A stretch of 64,000 nt of DNA from contig CAWAPJ010000005.1 of assembly GCA_963783885.1 (NCBI GenBank), forward strand, positions 15,574 through 79,573, written 5' to 3'. Each line of letters starts with the position of its first letter. The stretch's first letter is position 1. The position numbers and the translations under genes were made by a program. Source of the stretch: Waddliaceae bacterium. Its GTDB lineage: Bacteria; Chlamydiota; Chlamydiia; Chlamydiales; SLFE01. This document shows positions 28,417-38,084 of the stretch, piece by piece. The notes under the pieces were generated by a model. It was not told the DNA's origin, made no database searches, and saw only the letters and a list, made by a program, of their open reading frames with translations.

Positions 28417-29655
28417 ATGAAGATTTTAATCATTACTCGTTATTTCCCTCCTCTTCAAGGAATTGGGACAGAGCGAATTGCCTCTTGGGACAAGTATTTC
28501 CGAAAAATGGGACATGAAACGACAGTTTTAACGACTGCAAAGCAAGATTCTACGTCCTATTCTCATGTCATAGAAGTGCCTTATTTCGATCCAATTGACT
28601 TTTTTGGCGGGGAACATCTGAAACAGGGATTGTCGGAAAAAAAATCACGGCTGATGCGTTTTTATCGAACTCGGATGAATGAAAGGCTGCCAGGAAGGAC
28701 TGATCCCTGGATTATTCCGGCTATCAAAGAGATGAGAAAGCTGTGCGGATATGATCTGATTATCAGTACTTATGGGCCTCCGTCGGCTCATATAATCGGT
28801 TATTTTGCAAAAAAACATCTTGGGGGAGTATGGCTGGCTGATTTTCGCGACCTTTGGATTGAGAACCACAATTACGAAGGACTTTGGCCATTTACGATTT
28901 TGGAAAAATGGTGGGAGAAAAAAGTTTGCGGAAAAGCCGATGCTCTTTTGACGGTCTCCAAAGGGTTAAAAGAGGTATTGGCAAAGAAATATCCCCAAAA
29001 AGAGGTTATTGTTATTCCAAACGGGTATGATGAAGAGTCCTATTTAAAAGCCTCAAATCGATATTTTGCCGGCCGCAAGAAAAAATTCCGGCTGGTCTAT
29101 ACAGGGACAATCTATGAGGGAAAGCATCGGCTGGAACCGCTATTTGAGTCCTTGCAGAAGCTTATCTCCCTAGATAGGGAGTTTCCCGAAAAATTCGAGT
29201 TGTTATTTTACGGGCAGCCATCAGGCTATTTGAATCAGGCAATTGACGCGTATTCTCTGCGCAATGTTGTTTTTTATGAGGGGCTGCTCCCTCCAGGTGA
29301 AATCAAGAGTGTCCAACTATCTGCAGATGCCTTTTTGCAGATCCATTTCGATTATGATCGCTACGGTGGACTTGTCAGTGGGAAGATTTATGAATATTTA
29401 TATGCAGGCAAACCTATTTTGGGGGTGGGGATACCCAAAAAATCTGAACTGGGGCAATTAATCAAAAAGGCTAAATCAGGGCTGCTTTGCGAAACCCAAG
29501 GAGAAATACAAAAAACCCTGCTCGCTTTGATGGAAAAGGGCGAATTCCATCAAAGCGAGCAGGGTTTTATTAAAAGATATTCACGCAAGCGTCAGGCAGA
29601 GGAGATCATAGCCGCCGCCAAAGCATTTTCCCAGCGAATGATATCTTCCTCCTGA
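28417..29655 (+). CDS. Glycosyltransferase family 4 protein
   Basis: MKILIITRYFPP; ADFRDLW; IPNGYD; YTGTIY; GKIYEYLYAGKPIL. Confidence 0.9.
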   Translation: MKILIITRYFPPLQGIGTERIASWDKYFRKMGHETTVLTTAKQDSTSYSHVIEVPYFDPIDFFGGEHLKQGLSEKKSRLMRFYRTRMNERLPGRTDPWIIPAIKEMRKLCGYDLIISTYGPPSAHIIGYFAKKHLGGVWLADFRDLWIENHNYEGLWPFTILEKWWEKKVCGKADALLTVSKGLKEVLAKKYPQKEVIVIPNGYDEESYLKASNRYFAGRKKKFRLVYTGTIYEGKHRLEPLFESLQKLISLDREFPEKFELLFYGQPSGYLNQAIDAYSLRNVVFYEGLLPPGEIKSVQLSADAFLQIHFDYDRYGGLVSGKIYEYLYAGKPILGVGIPKKSELGQLIKKAKSGLLCETQGEIQKTLLALMEKGEFHQSEQGFIKRYSRKRQAEEIIAAAKAFSQRMISSS

Positions 29656-30236
29656 CAGGCGTCTAAGCCTAAAACATGAGGAAATTGCAAATGCAGGGGG
29701 CGTTCCAAAAGGTTATATTTCAAATTATATTCCAGTTGGACGCCTGATTCCAAAGCATGTCTGAGAAGCTGCTGATATTCTTGTTTATGGGTGATCATCA
29801 AGCGGTTTTTCCTAAAAAACAAACCCGGATGGACCCAAACGACTTCTTTTTCCGGTGTCAGCGATTTAGCATAGTCGATCACTTCTTTCCATGCTGTCAT
29901 AAACAAAGTAAAATTCGGGGTAAAATCATGTTCAGCGATACCGATAACATCGGCAATTTTGAGGTGTTCTTCTAATATGTCCAGCTCTCCATCTTCTAGT
30001 ATTTTGGCTTCAAATCCGACTCTGGCCTTTACATTGTAATTTTGAGAATATTTCTGAATTGAAAAGGCGTACTCTTCAATATCATATTGAGGGATGCGGG
30101 AGATGTGTTCGAGAAAAATTAATTCCTCGACCCCATAATGCTGAGACATTTTAAAGTAGTCTTCCACAGAGAGTTGCCCTTCTGTGGCGTCGGTGTGGAG
30201 ATGAAACCAGTAAGAATGTTGACTATGAGATAACAT
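29592..30236 (-). CDS. PHP-domain protein
   Basis: HLHTDATEG, EH, AEH, WVHPG and GLDA metal-site motifs. Confidence 0.75.
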   Translation of the reverse strand: MLSHSQHSYWFHLHTDATEGQLSVEDYFKMSQHYGVEELIFLEHISRIPQYDIEEYAFSIQKYSQNYNVKARVGFEAKILEDGELDILEEHLKIADVIGIAEHDFTPNFTLFMTAWKEVIDYAKSLTPEKEVVWVHPGLFFRKNRLMITHKQEYQQLLRHALESGVQLEYNLKYNLLERPLHLQFPHVLGLDACQEEDIIRWENALAAAMISSA

Positions 30237-30621
30237 AAATTATTTCCTCCATCATAAATGGCAGCACAAAAATCCCGAAGTTTCTGAAAATGAATTAAAT
30301 AAGAAATTGAAAGAAGATCGCTATATGAATTTTGCTTGTCTTGGCTTCCGGTACCGAGTGTTGCCACTATAAGTTCCCTGGATGTTTCAGACCGCACCCT
30401 GCGTTTTGCCGGGCAGGCCCTTCTGAACCGCTTATACTTTACCTGAATCAAGAGGGCAAGAAAAAATTTAATCACCTGAAGTTGAATAAAATAGAGGGCT
30501 TTATGTTAGATGATTCCAATTATGGGCCTAACGATTTCGAGAAAAGATTTTAAAGCTAATATGGCAGATGTGTACAGCCAGTCGTCGGCAGGCCCTTTAA
30601 ATTTCTTGTAAAGCGAATTAT

Positions 30622-30643
30622 CCCGATTGCTACCTAAACCTTA
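30622..30643. repeat. Solo remnant of an IS982-like terminal inverted repeat
   Basis: CCCGATTGCTACCTAAACCTTA versus the IS end ACCCTGATTGCTACCTAAACCTTA (47815, 57391). Confidence 0.7.
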
Positions 30644-31045
30644 ATCAAAATGAATGATTTGAATGGCTTTTCCGGTGTAGACTATGCCGTCTTCATATTC
30701 ATGAACCATCATTTCTTCACCGGCCATTTCTTCAAAATGGAATTGATTACTTAGTGCAAATGTTTCGTCATTCTTATCCACAAAAATCTGATAACCATAG
30801 TATTCGCCTTCGAGGCATGTGATCGTATGAAAGCCCTCGAAAAAGGCAAAAAAATAAGAACCTGTTTCATCCTGGGAATACAAGACATTGGGAGTGGAAA
30901 GAACGTATGCCATAGGTACAGGTTCCATTTTCAAAGCAATGTTGGACCCAATATCATCATGAAGATTCAAAAATTTATTTGTGGATCCAAAGCAGGCGGC
31001 AACAGCTGTAACGAGGACCAGGAAGGTCAAGGTATATTTAGGCAT
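30641..31045 (-). CDS. Hypothetical exported protein
   Basis: AGGAGA SD; N-terminal signal peptide. Confidence 0.65.
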   Translation of the reverse strand: MPKYTLTFLVLVTAVAACFGSTNKFLNLHDDIGSNIALKMEPVPMAYVLSTPNVLYSQDETGSYFFAFFEGFHTITCLEGEYYGYQIFVDKNDETFALSNQFHFEEMAGEEMMVHEYEDGIVYTGKAIQIIHFD

Positions 31046-31089
31046 GGTCTTTCTCCTATATTGTAGAAATGATATAAATTTTAAATGAT

Positions 31090-31542
31090 TTGATGAAAAA
31101 AAGTAAAATAAATATCCTACTAGTGATGAAAGTTCAAGACAAAACCTCTTTTAAAAAAAGATTTCCTTTTGATAGCCAGGGCCTTGTGAAAGCTCATCGT
31201 TTTCTTATTCAAACGATTATCGATCATCGCGACAACGAGAACATAAATATCGAGTGCCTCTTTTATTCCGGAAACCGGAAGTCTCTATGTTCTACGATTG
31301 AATTCCGGAGACTGGCTGTTAAACCTCGAGGAGTTTATGGCATGAAAGGGCAGAATGAGGTGGCTCTGATGAAAAAAATGCTAAAATGGCAGGGGGAGGG
31401 GATTCCGGTTAAAGAGGATGTTATCGGAGCGCTAACGGGGAAAAATCTCCCAATTAACGATTTCAAGAGGTTTCGGGGTCTTGTTGAGGAATCCGGAGTC
31501 ATCGTGGCTCAGTCAAGTTTAGTATTTGGCCGGCTTGCCTAA
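31090..31542 (+). CDS. Hypothetical protein
   Basis: 150-aa ORF; start uncertain. Confidence 0.55.
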   Translation: MMKKSKINILLVMKVQDKTSFKKRFPFDSQGLVKAHRFLIQTIIDHRDNENINIECLFYSGNRKSLCSTIEFRRLAVKPRGVYGMKGQNEVALMKKMLKWQGEGIPVKEDVIGALTGKNLPINDFKRFRGLVEESGVIVAQSSLVFGRLA

Positions 31543-31562
31543 AAAATAGATGATTAGCATGA

Positions 31563-31871
31563 TTGGGATTAATGAAAATGAATCATGCCTTACTCATTTT
31601 ATTCGTCGTTGTTACCGCCATATACTCTATCGCGAATCCTTTTTTAATTATCATAATCAATGTTGTCTGGGCTCATGTGTATGAAAGGGATTTTGTGCCG
31701 GCATGGTCAGCGATGATAGCGCTTTATGTACTTCCGACACTTCCGATTTTTCTTACAGCACTTGCTTGGTATTTCTTGGCAGTGAAAAAGTATTTATTGT
31801 CGTTTGGATTTTTATGTTTGCCTGCAGTTTTTGTTTTGGGATATCTTATTATTGAACCTTTGATCAGCTAA
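31563..31871 (+). CDS. Small hypothetical membrane protein
   Basis: Three hydrophobic segments. Confidence 0.55.
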   Translation: MGLMKMNHALLILFVVVTAIYSIANPFLIIIINVVWAHVYERDFVPAWSAMIALYVLPTLPIFLTALAWYFLAVKKYLLSFGFLCLPAVFVLGYLIIEPLIS

Positions 31872-33159
31872 CCGACTTTTCGATTCTCACCATTCTGCTT
31901 TCAAGATCGGCAATATCCTCATCATCTTTGAAATTTCTTTTTCCTGCTTCGTAGAGGTTTTTGATATGAGAAAGGAGAATTGTCTTTTTTTCTTCATCTT
32001 CAGTGATTCCCAAAACCCGTTCCAGCATATCGACAATCCGGATGAGAACCAGGGGCTGCGATTTGGCATTTTGTTTGAGGGGATTGATTGCGGCATCCAC
32101 GAAACTTTCATATGTGAACCGTTTTGAGATCACTCTTAGTTTTCCTTTTGAATCGTAATAGCATTGGGGAGGGAATCGTCTAATTGAAAGGAGAGTGAGC
32201 GCATCGCCCAAATGATCAATTACCGTGATTGCGATGTAAGCATCATTGATTCCAGGGGAGAGGGCCTTTAAGCAGATTTCAAGGAGCTGTTCCAGCCTGA
32301 ACTCAAAATCATCTTTAGGCATTCGTTCAAATCCGAGTTTAAAACAGCTTTTAATTTCGGAAGCAGTTTCTCCATCTAGGGGATATTCTGCAAAAAGGAT
32401 CGCATTGCCTTTATGAATATAATCTCCAATTCGAAAACAAATATGGAAGACGTTGTCGTTATTTTCAGCAATCGAAACCAGCGATGCGGTATTAATTAAT
32501 TGAATATATCCTGAAGATAATGCTTCAAAAGCATTATCTTTCTCGATGCGTTTTATTATATTTTTGGGTGCTTCCTCGTATTTAAATTCCCTTTCCTGAA
32601 GGTTTTCAATTTTTGCCCTTAATTCCTTTGCAATTGTTTCAATTATATGGTCGCTTTGTATTGAATTCGACATATGATGAATAAAGATGATAAATATTAT
32701 AAAGGACATAACCATAACGGCAATACCTATGATTATGCTGAGTTGGGGGTGGAAGTCGGGATCGTTCAGGGTTGCCAAGAAAGTGACGACAAACATGCAA
32801 TAGACAACAGCCCCAATAAACCAACCAAGCACCAGTTTGGTGAAATTGCTTGATCGGAAAACTTTCAAAACGTGCGAGCCGTACTGCTGGGAAACTACAG
32901 TTAAGACGAGCATGGTTACAGAAAACAGTAAAGTTGACATAGTCACAAGCGATGTAACAAGAGCTGAGAAAAGTTGAGTTGCGGCTTCGGGATTTCCGGT
33001 CCATATCCAAGCGAATACTTCTTTACCGATATGGGATAAATAAATGTCCCATTCAAAAATAAAAATCGCAAAAAAAGGGCTGACCAATGTCATGAGAACC
33101 GGTATGAACCAGAGACTGTTCATTAGCTTTTCTTTAAAATGAATGAAAGTTGTCTTCAT
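31864..33159 (-). CDS. DUF2254 family membrane protein
   Basis: SLWFIP; SQQYGS; KALSPGIND motifs. Confidence 0.85.
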   Translation of the reverse strand: MKTTFIHFKEKLMNSLWFIPVLMTLVSPFFAIFIFEWDIYLSHIGKEVFAWIWTGNPEAATQLFSALVTSLVTMSTLLFSVTMLVLTVVSQQYGSHVLKVFRSSNFTKLVLGWFIGAVVYCMFVVTFLATLNDPDFHPQLSIIIGIAVMVMSFIIFIIFIHHMSNSIQSDHIIETIAKELRAKIENLQEREFKYEEAPKNIIKRIEKDNAFEALSSGYIQLINTASLVSIAENNDNVFHICFRIGDYIHKGNAILFAEYPLDGETASEIKSCFKLGFERMPKDDFEFRLEQLLEICLKALSPGINDAYIAITVIDHLGDALTLLSIRRFPPQCYYDSKGKLRVISKRFTYESFVDAAINPLKQNAKSQPLVLIRIVDMLERVLGITEDEEKKTILLSHIKNLYEAGKRNFKDDEDIADLESRMVRIEKSVS

Positions 33160-33306
33160 GATTTAAGAATTAACAGATGCGACTTTAGGATAGAAGAAAA
33201 TATTTAAACCATACACAGACAATTAGCTAAGTTGTGTACTGTAATATTGAGAATTTAAGAATAATCGTCTTTTTTATCGCCAATCTTTAAGTGGATAGAG
33301 TATATA

Positions 33307-33334
33307 AGGTAACATAATATATATTATCAGACGT
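33307..33334 (-). other. dif-like XerC/XerD recombination site
   Basis: Minus strand ACGTCTGATAA-TATATA-TTATGTTACCT: 11-6-11 layout; XerD arm matches 9/11 of TTATGTTAAAT; intergenic. Confidence 0.7.
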
Positions 33335-33384
33335 TACATATGGGGCCCCCAGGAAAGAGACTGCATGCTTTAATAAAGCTTTAG

Positions 33385-33954
33385 CTAACGACGCGGATGC
33401 GGATTCACCATTAACCTTAAACCCACACCTAAAAAATGAAGAGCTACAGGAAATGTTAGCTGCTTGCCTGCAACTTTATTGATCCTAGCAGAGCATCCAA
33501 AAGTAATTAGCGCAAGGGTTGTTGTAGGGACGGCTATAATCATGTCAAAAATACCTGTAATAACCGCCGTAAAAGCGCCCAAAGCACCAGCCCCTCGAGA
33601 TATCACATTTTTGGTTAAAAATGATTGACTATTAGCGCATTCGACCGCAAACTCTAAAAGTTTTCCGGGAATATGATTGAAAAATGAATCGCAACGTGTC
33701 AGATTATCAGTGTCAATCACGTTTGCTTTCGTGTTAATTACCTTAATAACCCTAAAAGCTCCGTTGAAAATTTCGGGTAAAACATATGCCGAATGATAGG
33801 TTTTATTAGCCTCTTTATTTGCTGTTTTCCACAAACCTAAAGTTATTCCGGCTACGGGTGTCCAAGCTCCTCCCCATAAGGCTTTGCCAGCATGGTGTGC
33901 AGCTTTCCCCAAGTGACTCGGAAGGTTTCTTATGTTTTCTAGTCTTTGTGCCAT
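33385..33954 (-). CDS. Hypothetical membrane protein, tandem paralog B
   Basis: Long hydrophobic stretch; paralog of 33975-34526. Confidence 0.75.
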   Translation of the reverse strand: MAQRLENIRNLPSHLGKAAHHAGKALWGGAWTPVAGITLGLWKTANKEANKTYHSAYVLPEIFNGAFRVIKVINTKANVIDTDNLTRCDSFFNHIPGKLLEFAVECANSQSFLTKNVISRGAGALGAFTAVITGIFDMIIAVPTTTLALITFGCSARINKVAGKQLTFPVALHFLGVGLRLMVNPHPRR

Positions 33955-33974
33955 CAACTAATCTTCTTTTAAAT

Positions 33975-34526
33975 TCAACGACGCGGATGCGGATTCACCC
34001 ATTTTCTTAGACCCACACCAATAAAATAAAGAGCTTCAGGAAATATAAGCTGCTCGATTGCGGTTTGGTTGATCCTAGCAGAGCATCCAAAAGTGATCAG
34101 GGCAAGGGCTGTTGCAGGAATTGCTAAAATCATATCAAAAATACCTGTAATGACTGCCGTAAGTGCGCCGAGAAAAAAAGCCCCTCGAGAAATCACATAT
34201 CTTTTCAGACATGATTGGCTATTCGCACAATCAAGACCGAACCCTAAGAGTTTTTTGGGAATATTGTTGAATAAGGAGGTATCATTTTCATTAGCTCTAG
34301 CAATAGTTTTTGGATTAATAACCTTAATAACACCCGCAAAAGGTTTGGAAAATACCCATGCTGAGTGTCGAGTTTCAGCGGCCTGCTTATTTGCTGTTTT
34401 CCACAAACCTAAAGTTATTCCGGCTACGGGTGTCCAAGCTCCTCCCCATAGGGCTTTGCCAGAACAGTATAAAGCAACTTTCAAATCCCTTTGCAGAAGT
34501 TTTATATTGTCGATTCTTTGTGACAT
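33975..34526 (-). CDS. Hypothetical membrane protein, tandem paralog A
   Basis: AAGGAGA SD; shares GKALWGGAWTPVAGITLGLWKTANK and VNPHPRR with its neighbour. Confidence 0.75.
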   Translation of the reverse strand: MSQRIDNIKLLQRDLKVALYCSGKALWGGAWTPVAGITLGLWKTANKQAAETRHSAWVFSKPFAGVIKVINPKTIARANENDTSLFNNIPKKLLGFGLDCANSQSCLKRYVISRGAFFLGALTAVITGIFDMILAIPATALALITFGCSARINQTAIEQLIFPEALYFIGVGLRKWVNPHPRR

Positions 34527-34856
34527 AAACTCATCTCCTTATTAAGGAATTAATTATAATTATTTAATATTAAGATCTAATAAAGATTTGATGTATATAT
34601 TCTAAAATCATTAGATTTTGTTTTAATTTCTTTTTCTCTAATAAGTTGTGTATCGCCACCATTTATTTGGACACAAATTTGGCTTAAGGGTGAGATTTTT
34701 CCAAACCTCTCAAGCCGCCTCCCATGTCGGACTCTAGCTAAGTTCAGCGATTCGTCAAGGATTCCCTTCGGCTCGCTTCGCTCGTCCTGGACTTCATCGC
34801 TGCCCTTAGCAATTTTGCCTTCCATCGGTTGCGTCTTAAGAGTTTTGTTAAATCTC

Positions 34857-35745
34857 TTATGCTGCATATTTAAACTCCCAGTTTTGGCGAGCTTCTCTAG
34901 GGCTGCAGTAGCCTAGCTTCTCAAGTAACCATTCATTGTTATAATCCTCTACAAATGACTGAATGGCTCGTCTGACCTCATCAAGATTTTTAAAAACTCG
35001 ACCATGCACACATTGCTCCTTCATCGTTCGATGAAATCGCTCTTCCACCCCGTTGGTTTCAGGCTCGCCTACTAAGGCATAGCTAATTAAAGCCCCAGTA
35101 TTTAGCCTCATTCCGATACTCATTGGCTGTGAAGACCGATCCATGATCTGGTCTTAGACTGATCCCTCTAGCGATACCTGGCATTAGCTCTCCGCAACCA
35201 GACCTTACAGCATTTCGTAACACCTCCATCGCAGCGTGTCGATCGCCACGTTTGGTGACGTGCCACCCAAGACACTCGGAATTCCAGTGGTCAGTGACAC
35301 CGAAGTACCAAATCCATCCATCATCCTCGGTCCAGATCTTTACTGCATCTGTTGCCCACATATCGTTGGGAACATCTGTCACGATTCTGCCATCATGTTT
35401 TTTTGCCTTTCCTTGGAAACTGCGATGTGGAGATAGAATATTAGCCTCTCTCATAAGTTTCAAAATCCTGTTTCTCCCTACGCTGATCCCATGATTCCGC
35501 CTCAATCGAGCCCATACTTTCCGGTGTCCTTCGCCCGTAAACTTACTCTCTTCAATATCACTACGAATCCACTCAAGGAGGTCTTCATCAGCCATCCAAG
35601 GAGAGGGTCCCGGCTTTCTTGTAACGGTGTCTTTTTGCTTTCTTGCTCTTGCGTTGTAGACGGTTGAGCGAGTTATACCCCAAACCCGGCAGACTCGCTG
35701 TAATCCGTATACGCGTCCAGTTGATGAAGAGCTGGAGGTGCTCAT
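34857..35745 (-). pseudogene. IS3 orfB (DDE integrase core) with a 2-bp deletion
   Basis: CTAATTAAAG at ~35083 versus CTAAAGTTAAAG in the intact copy. Confidence 0.9.
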
Positions 35746-36065
35746 TACTTCGACCTCCTCAATACTAAAGGGCCTTTCTTTTTTACCTGCCGTTTTAGTA
35801 GCTCATTTTCCATGGACAGCTCACCTATCTGCTCTTTAGCTCTGGCTAGCAAAGCGTCCTTTGGATCGTTTACCCTCTGCTTAAAGCCTTCCTCAAGGTG
35901 GACCAAAGCTTCCTCTCGCCACTCATTGACGATATGGACAGCCACGCCTACGGCGCGGCTGACATCATCTATTGCCTCACCTCGGAAAAGCCGTAGTACA
36001 ACCTCTGCTTTTCGTTTGGCGCTCCATCTCTTTACTGTCTTATCCGTACAATCTGTTGTTCTCAT
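35745..36065 (-). CDS. IS3 orfA (HTH plus leucine zipper)
   Basis: RWSAKRKAEVVLRL; IGELSMENELLK; A-AAA-AAG slip site in frame with orfB. Confidence 0.9.
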   Translation of the reverse strand: MRTTDCTDKTVKRWSAKRKAEVVLRLFRGEAIDDVSRAVGVAVHIVNEWREEALVHLEEGFKQRVNDPKDALLARAKEQIGELSMENELLKRQVKKKGPLVLRRSK

Positions 36066-36737
36066 TGTGTTTCTCCTTGAAAACGATTGGGTATTTTACC
36101 CCAAATCAGTGTCCAAGTAAACTGGTGGCATTATATCTCTAATAAGTTGTTCGCCAACTACATAAAGTCTTTTGCCGCTCTTTTCGTCGATAAAGGAATC
36201 CGATGGCAAGGGCTCATCAGTAAAGTTATCTTGGAATTGTTCTTTGGTAAAACTTAAAAAACTCTTTCTCGTGATTTCGTCTTCCACAAATACTCTTGTT
36301 GACAGAGGAAGTACAAACTTTTCGTCCTTATCATAGCCGGTAATTTTCCAAAAAATGTTAAATGCTTTTTCAACAGGATGTTTTTCCAAAATTTCGTCCG
36401 ATTCTTGATAAAACCTGAGAATCGTGTCGACTACCTGGATGCCTGCGACTCTGTCTTCAAGCGTCAATTCCGACTTATCTGATAAACGTGAAAACCACAA
36501 AACGTGTTCAGCAAAATCAGCCAGATATGCCGATCCCCTAAAACCGCCGGTTGTGACAATTCTCGATCCCCAAAAACTGACGTTAACTTCTGTTTCCATC
36601 TGATTGAACAAAAAGTTGAGAGTTTTTAGATTCAACTCTGACTGTGTAAAATCTTGTAAGTTCATTGTCAACCTCCTGAAAGAAAATTCATTAAACATTA
36701 TCATCCAGGCCGTGAAATTGAAGCAAGAAAACATTTA

Positions 36738-37964
36738 TTATTGCTCGGGTCGAAAAAGACGAATCGAAAAAGGGACGCTCGCAAATAAAAGAAGGCTGGA
36801 TACCAGAAAAATGGCCGAGTAACCATGGGTTTCTTTGAAGACTAAAATCGGAACATTTTTAAATAATTCTATGATAATGCCCCCTAAAAAGGGACCGACA
36901 AGGGCTCCTAAACCCTGGCAGAAACTATATAAAGCAGCCCCCACTCCGTGCTGTTCTTCTTTCGGGAGATAGCCCATTAGAATGGAAAACGGAAGGGTCA
37001 TCAATACGACTGCAGAAAAGGCAATAGGCATGATGGCGGAAACAAAATAGATGTTGGTTGTAAATAAGGGCGGAATCAAACCGATCGCGAATAATAGGAC
37101 AGAGCCCAGGATAACGGGTTTGAAACCATATTTATCTGCCATCCATCCTGCAAACGGAGCGGCCACAATTGCGGCTGCCCCAACAAGGGCTAAGGCCCCA
37201 GAACTTTGAGTAAGCGAAAAAGACAGCCCTCTTGTAAAGTAAAGGACAATAAACACTCTAATAGCAGCGAAAGAGGCTTCCCATAATGTATTGGCGATAA
37301 GCCAAAGTTTGATTTTTTTGTTTTCGACAAGATTTAATACACTATACCATTTTATCCTTTGAGTTTCTTCAACATGCCTGGTTGTTTTTAAAAATTTCGC
37401 GGTGAAAACAGCACATGCTAGCAGTAATAAAAAGGTAAAAAGGAGAAACGGCAAGGGTCTCCAGACATCGATAAGGAATCCTCCCCCAGCCAGTGCCAAC
37501 AGAAGCCCGAATTCGCGGAAGCCTCCCTGTATTCCCTGCGACAATCCCCTCTCTTCCGGAGGAACAAGGTCCGGAAAAAAAGTGTAATATGCTTCGTAAA
37601 ATGTAAAGAAACCGATAAAAAATACGAAAAGTTCTATTCCCAATAGAATTAAATTTTTACTGCTGAATGGCATCACAAGCAGCATAAAAGTAACGATGAG
37701 CAAACCAAGAAAGAAAAATGGGAAGCGCTTGCCGTATTTTGTTGAGATTGAGTCAGACCAAAATCCAATGATAAACGGAATAACCAGCGCTATAACCCCT
37801 TCTATGCTAATCATCATACCAGTAATTGCAGCATTAGAAAGTTTCTCGATAAAGTAAGGGAGATAGGTTGTGACTAAATTGTAAGCCAGTCCAATGCCGA
37901 ATGCCGGTATGCCTAAAAAAATCAAAAAATTTCTTTTTGATTTTGTTAATTGATTATTGCTCAT
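36738..37964 (-). CDS. MFS transporter (sucrose/maltose-like)
   Basis: GFWSD..STKYGKRFPF and GWMADKYG motif A repeats; about 12 TM segments. Confidence 0.88.
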   Translation of the reverse strand: MSNNQLTKSKRNFLIFLGIPAFGIGLAYNLVTTYLPYFIEKLSNAAITGMMISIEGVIALVIPFIIGFWSDSISTKYGKRFPFFFLGLLIVTFMLLVMPFSSKNLILLGIELFVFFIGFFTFYEAYYTFFPDLVPPEERGLSQGIQGGFREFGLLLALAGGGFLIDVWRPLPFLLFTFLLLLACAVFTAKFLKTTRHVEETQRIKWYSVLNLVENKKIKLWLIANTLWEASFAAIRVFIVLYFTRGLSFSLTQSSGALALVGAAAIVAAPFAGWMADKYGFKPVILGSVLLFAIGLIPPLFTTNIYFVSAIMPIAFSAVVLMTLPFSILMGYLPKEEQHGVGAALYSFCQGLGALVGPFLGGIIIELFKNVPILVFKETHGYSAIFLVSSLLLFASVPFSIRLFRPEQ

Positions 37965-38047
37965 GTTCTCTAGATAGCGGATATCAAAATAATTGTAAAA
38001 GAATAGGATTGAAAAAATGAATGAATATTGGGAGAAACAAAGCATAC

Positions 38048-38081
38048 AAAAAAGCCCCGGCTAATATAGCCGGGGCTTTTT
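38048..38081. terminator. Intrinsic terminator after the porin gene
   Basis: AAAAAAGCCCCGGCTA-ATA-TAGCCGGGGCTTTTTT. Confidence 0.9.
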
Positions 38082-38084
38082 TAT

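Larger units (their letters stand above)
34649..36135 (-). mobile_element. IS3-family insertion sequence, copy 1 (orfB frameshifted)
   Basis: IRs TGTATCGCCACCATTTATTTGGACAC / GTGTCCAAGTAAACTGGTGGCATTATA; flanking direct repeat TCTCTAATAAGTTG; near-identical to 48106-49592. Confidence 0.92.
34577..36734 (-). pseudogene. Hypothetical gene interrupted near its 3' end by the IS3-family element
   Basis: Removing the IS and one target repeat rejoins ...LYVVGEQLIRE-KEIKTKSNDFRIYTSNLY*. Confidence 0.75.

Noticed and set aside
30490..30512. Second dif-like site (TTATGTTAGAT)
   Set aside because: Only a XerD-like arm is present; there is no XerC arm ending in ATAA at 6-bp spacing.
30332..30553. 73-aa ORF
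   Set aside because: TTG start, no clear SD or motif; may be a decayed fragment but cannot be supported.
34577..34867. 96-aa ORF (and the related 48058-48324 ORF)
   Set aside because: These are chance frames through the IS non-coding tail; in copy 1 the frame is fused to the severed end of the target gene.
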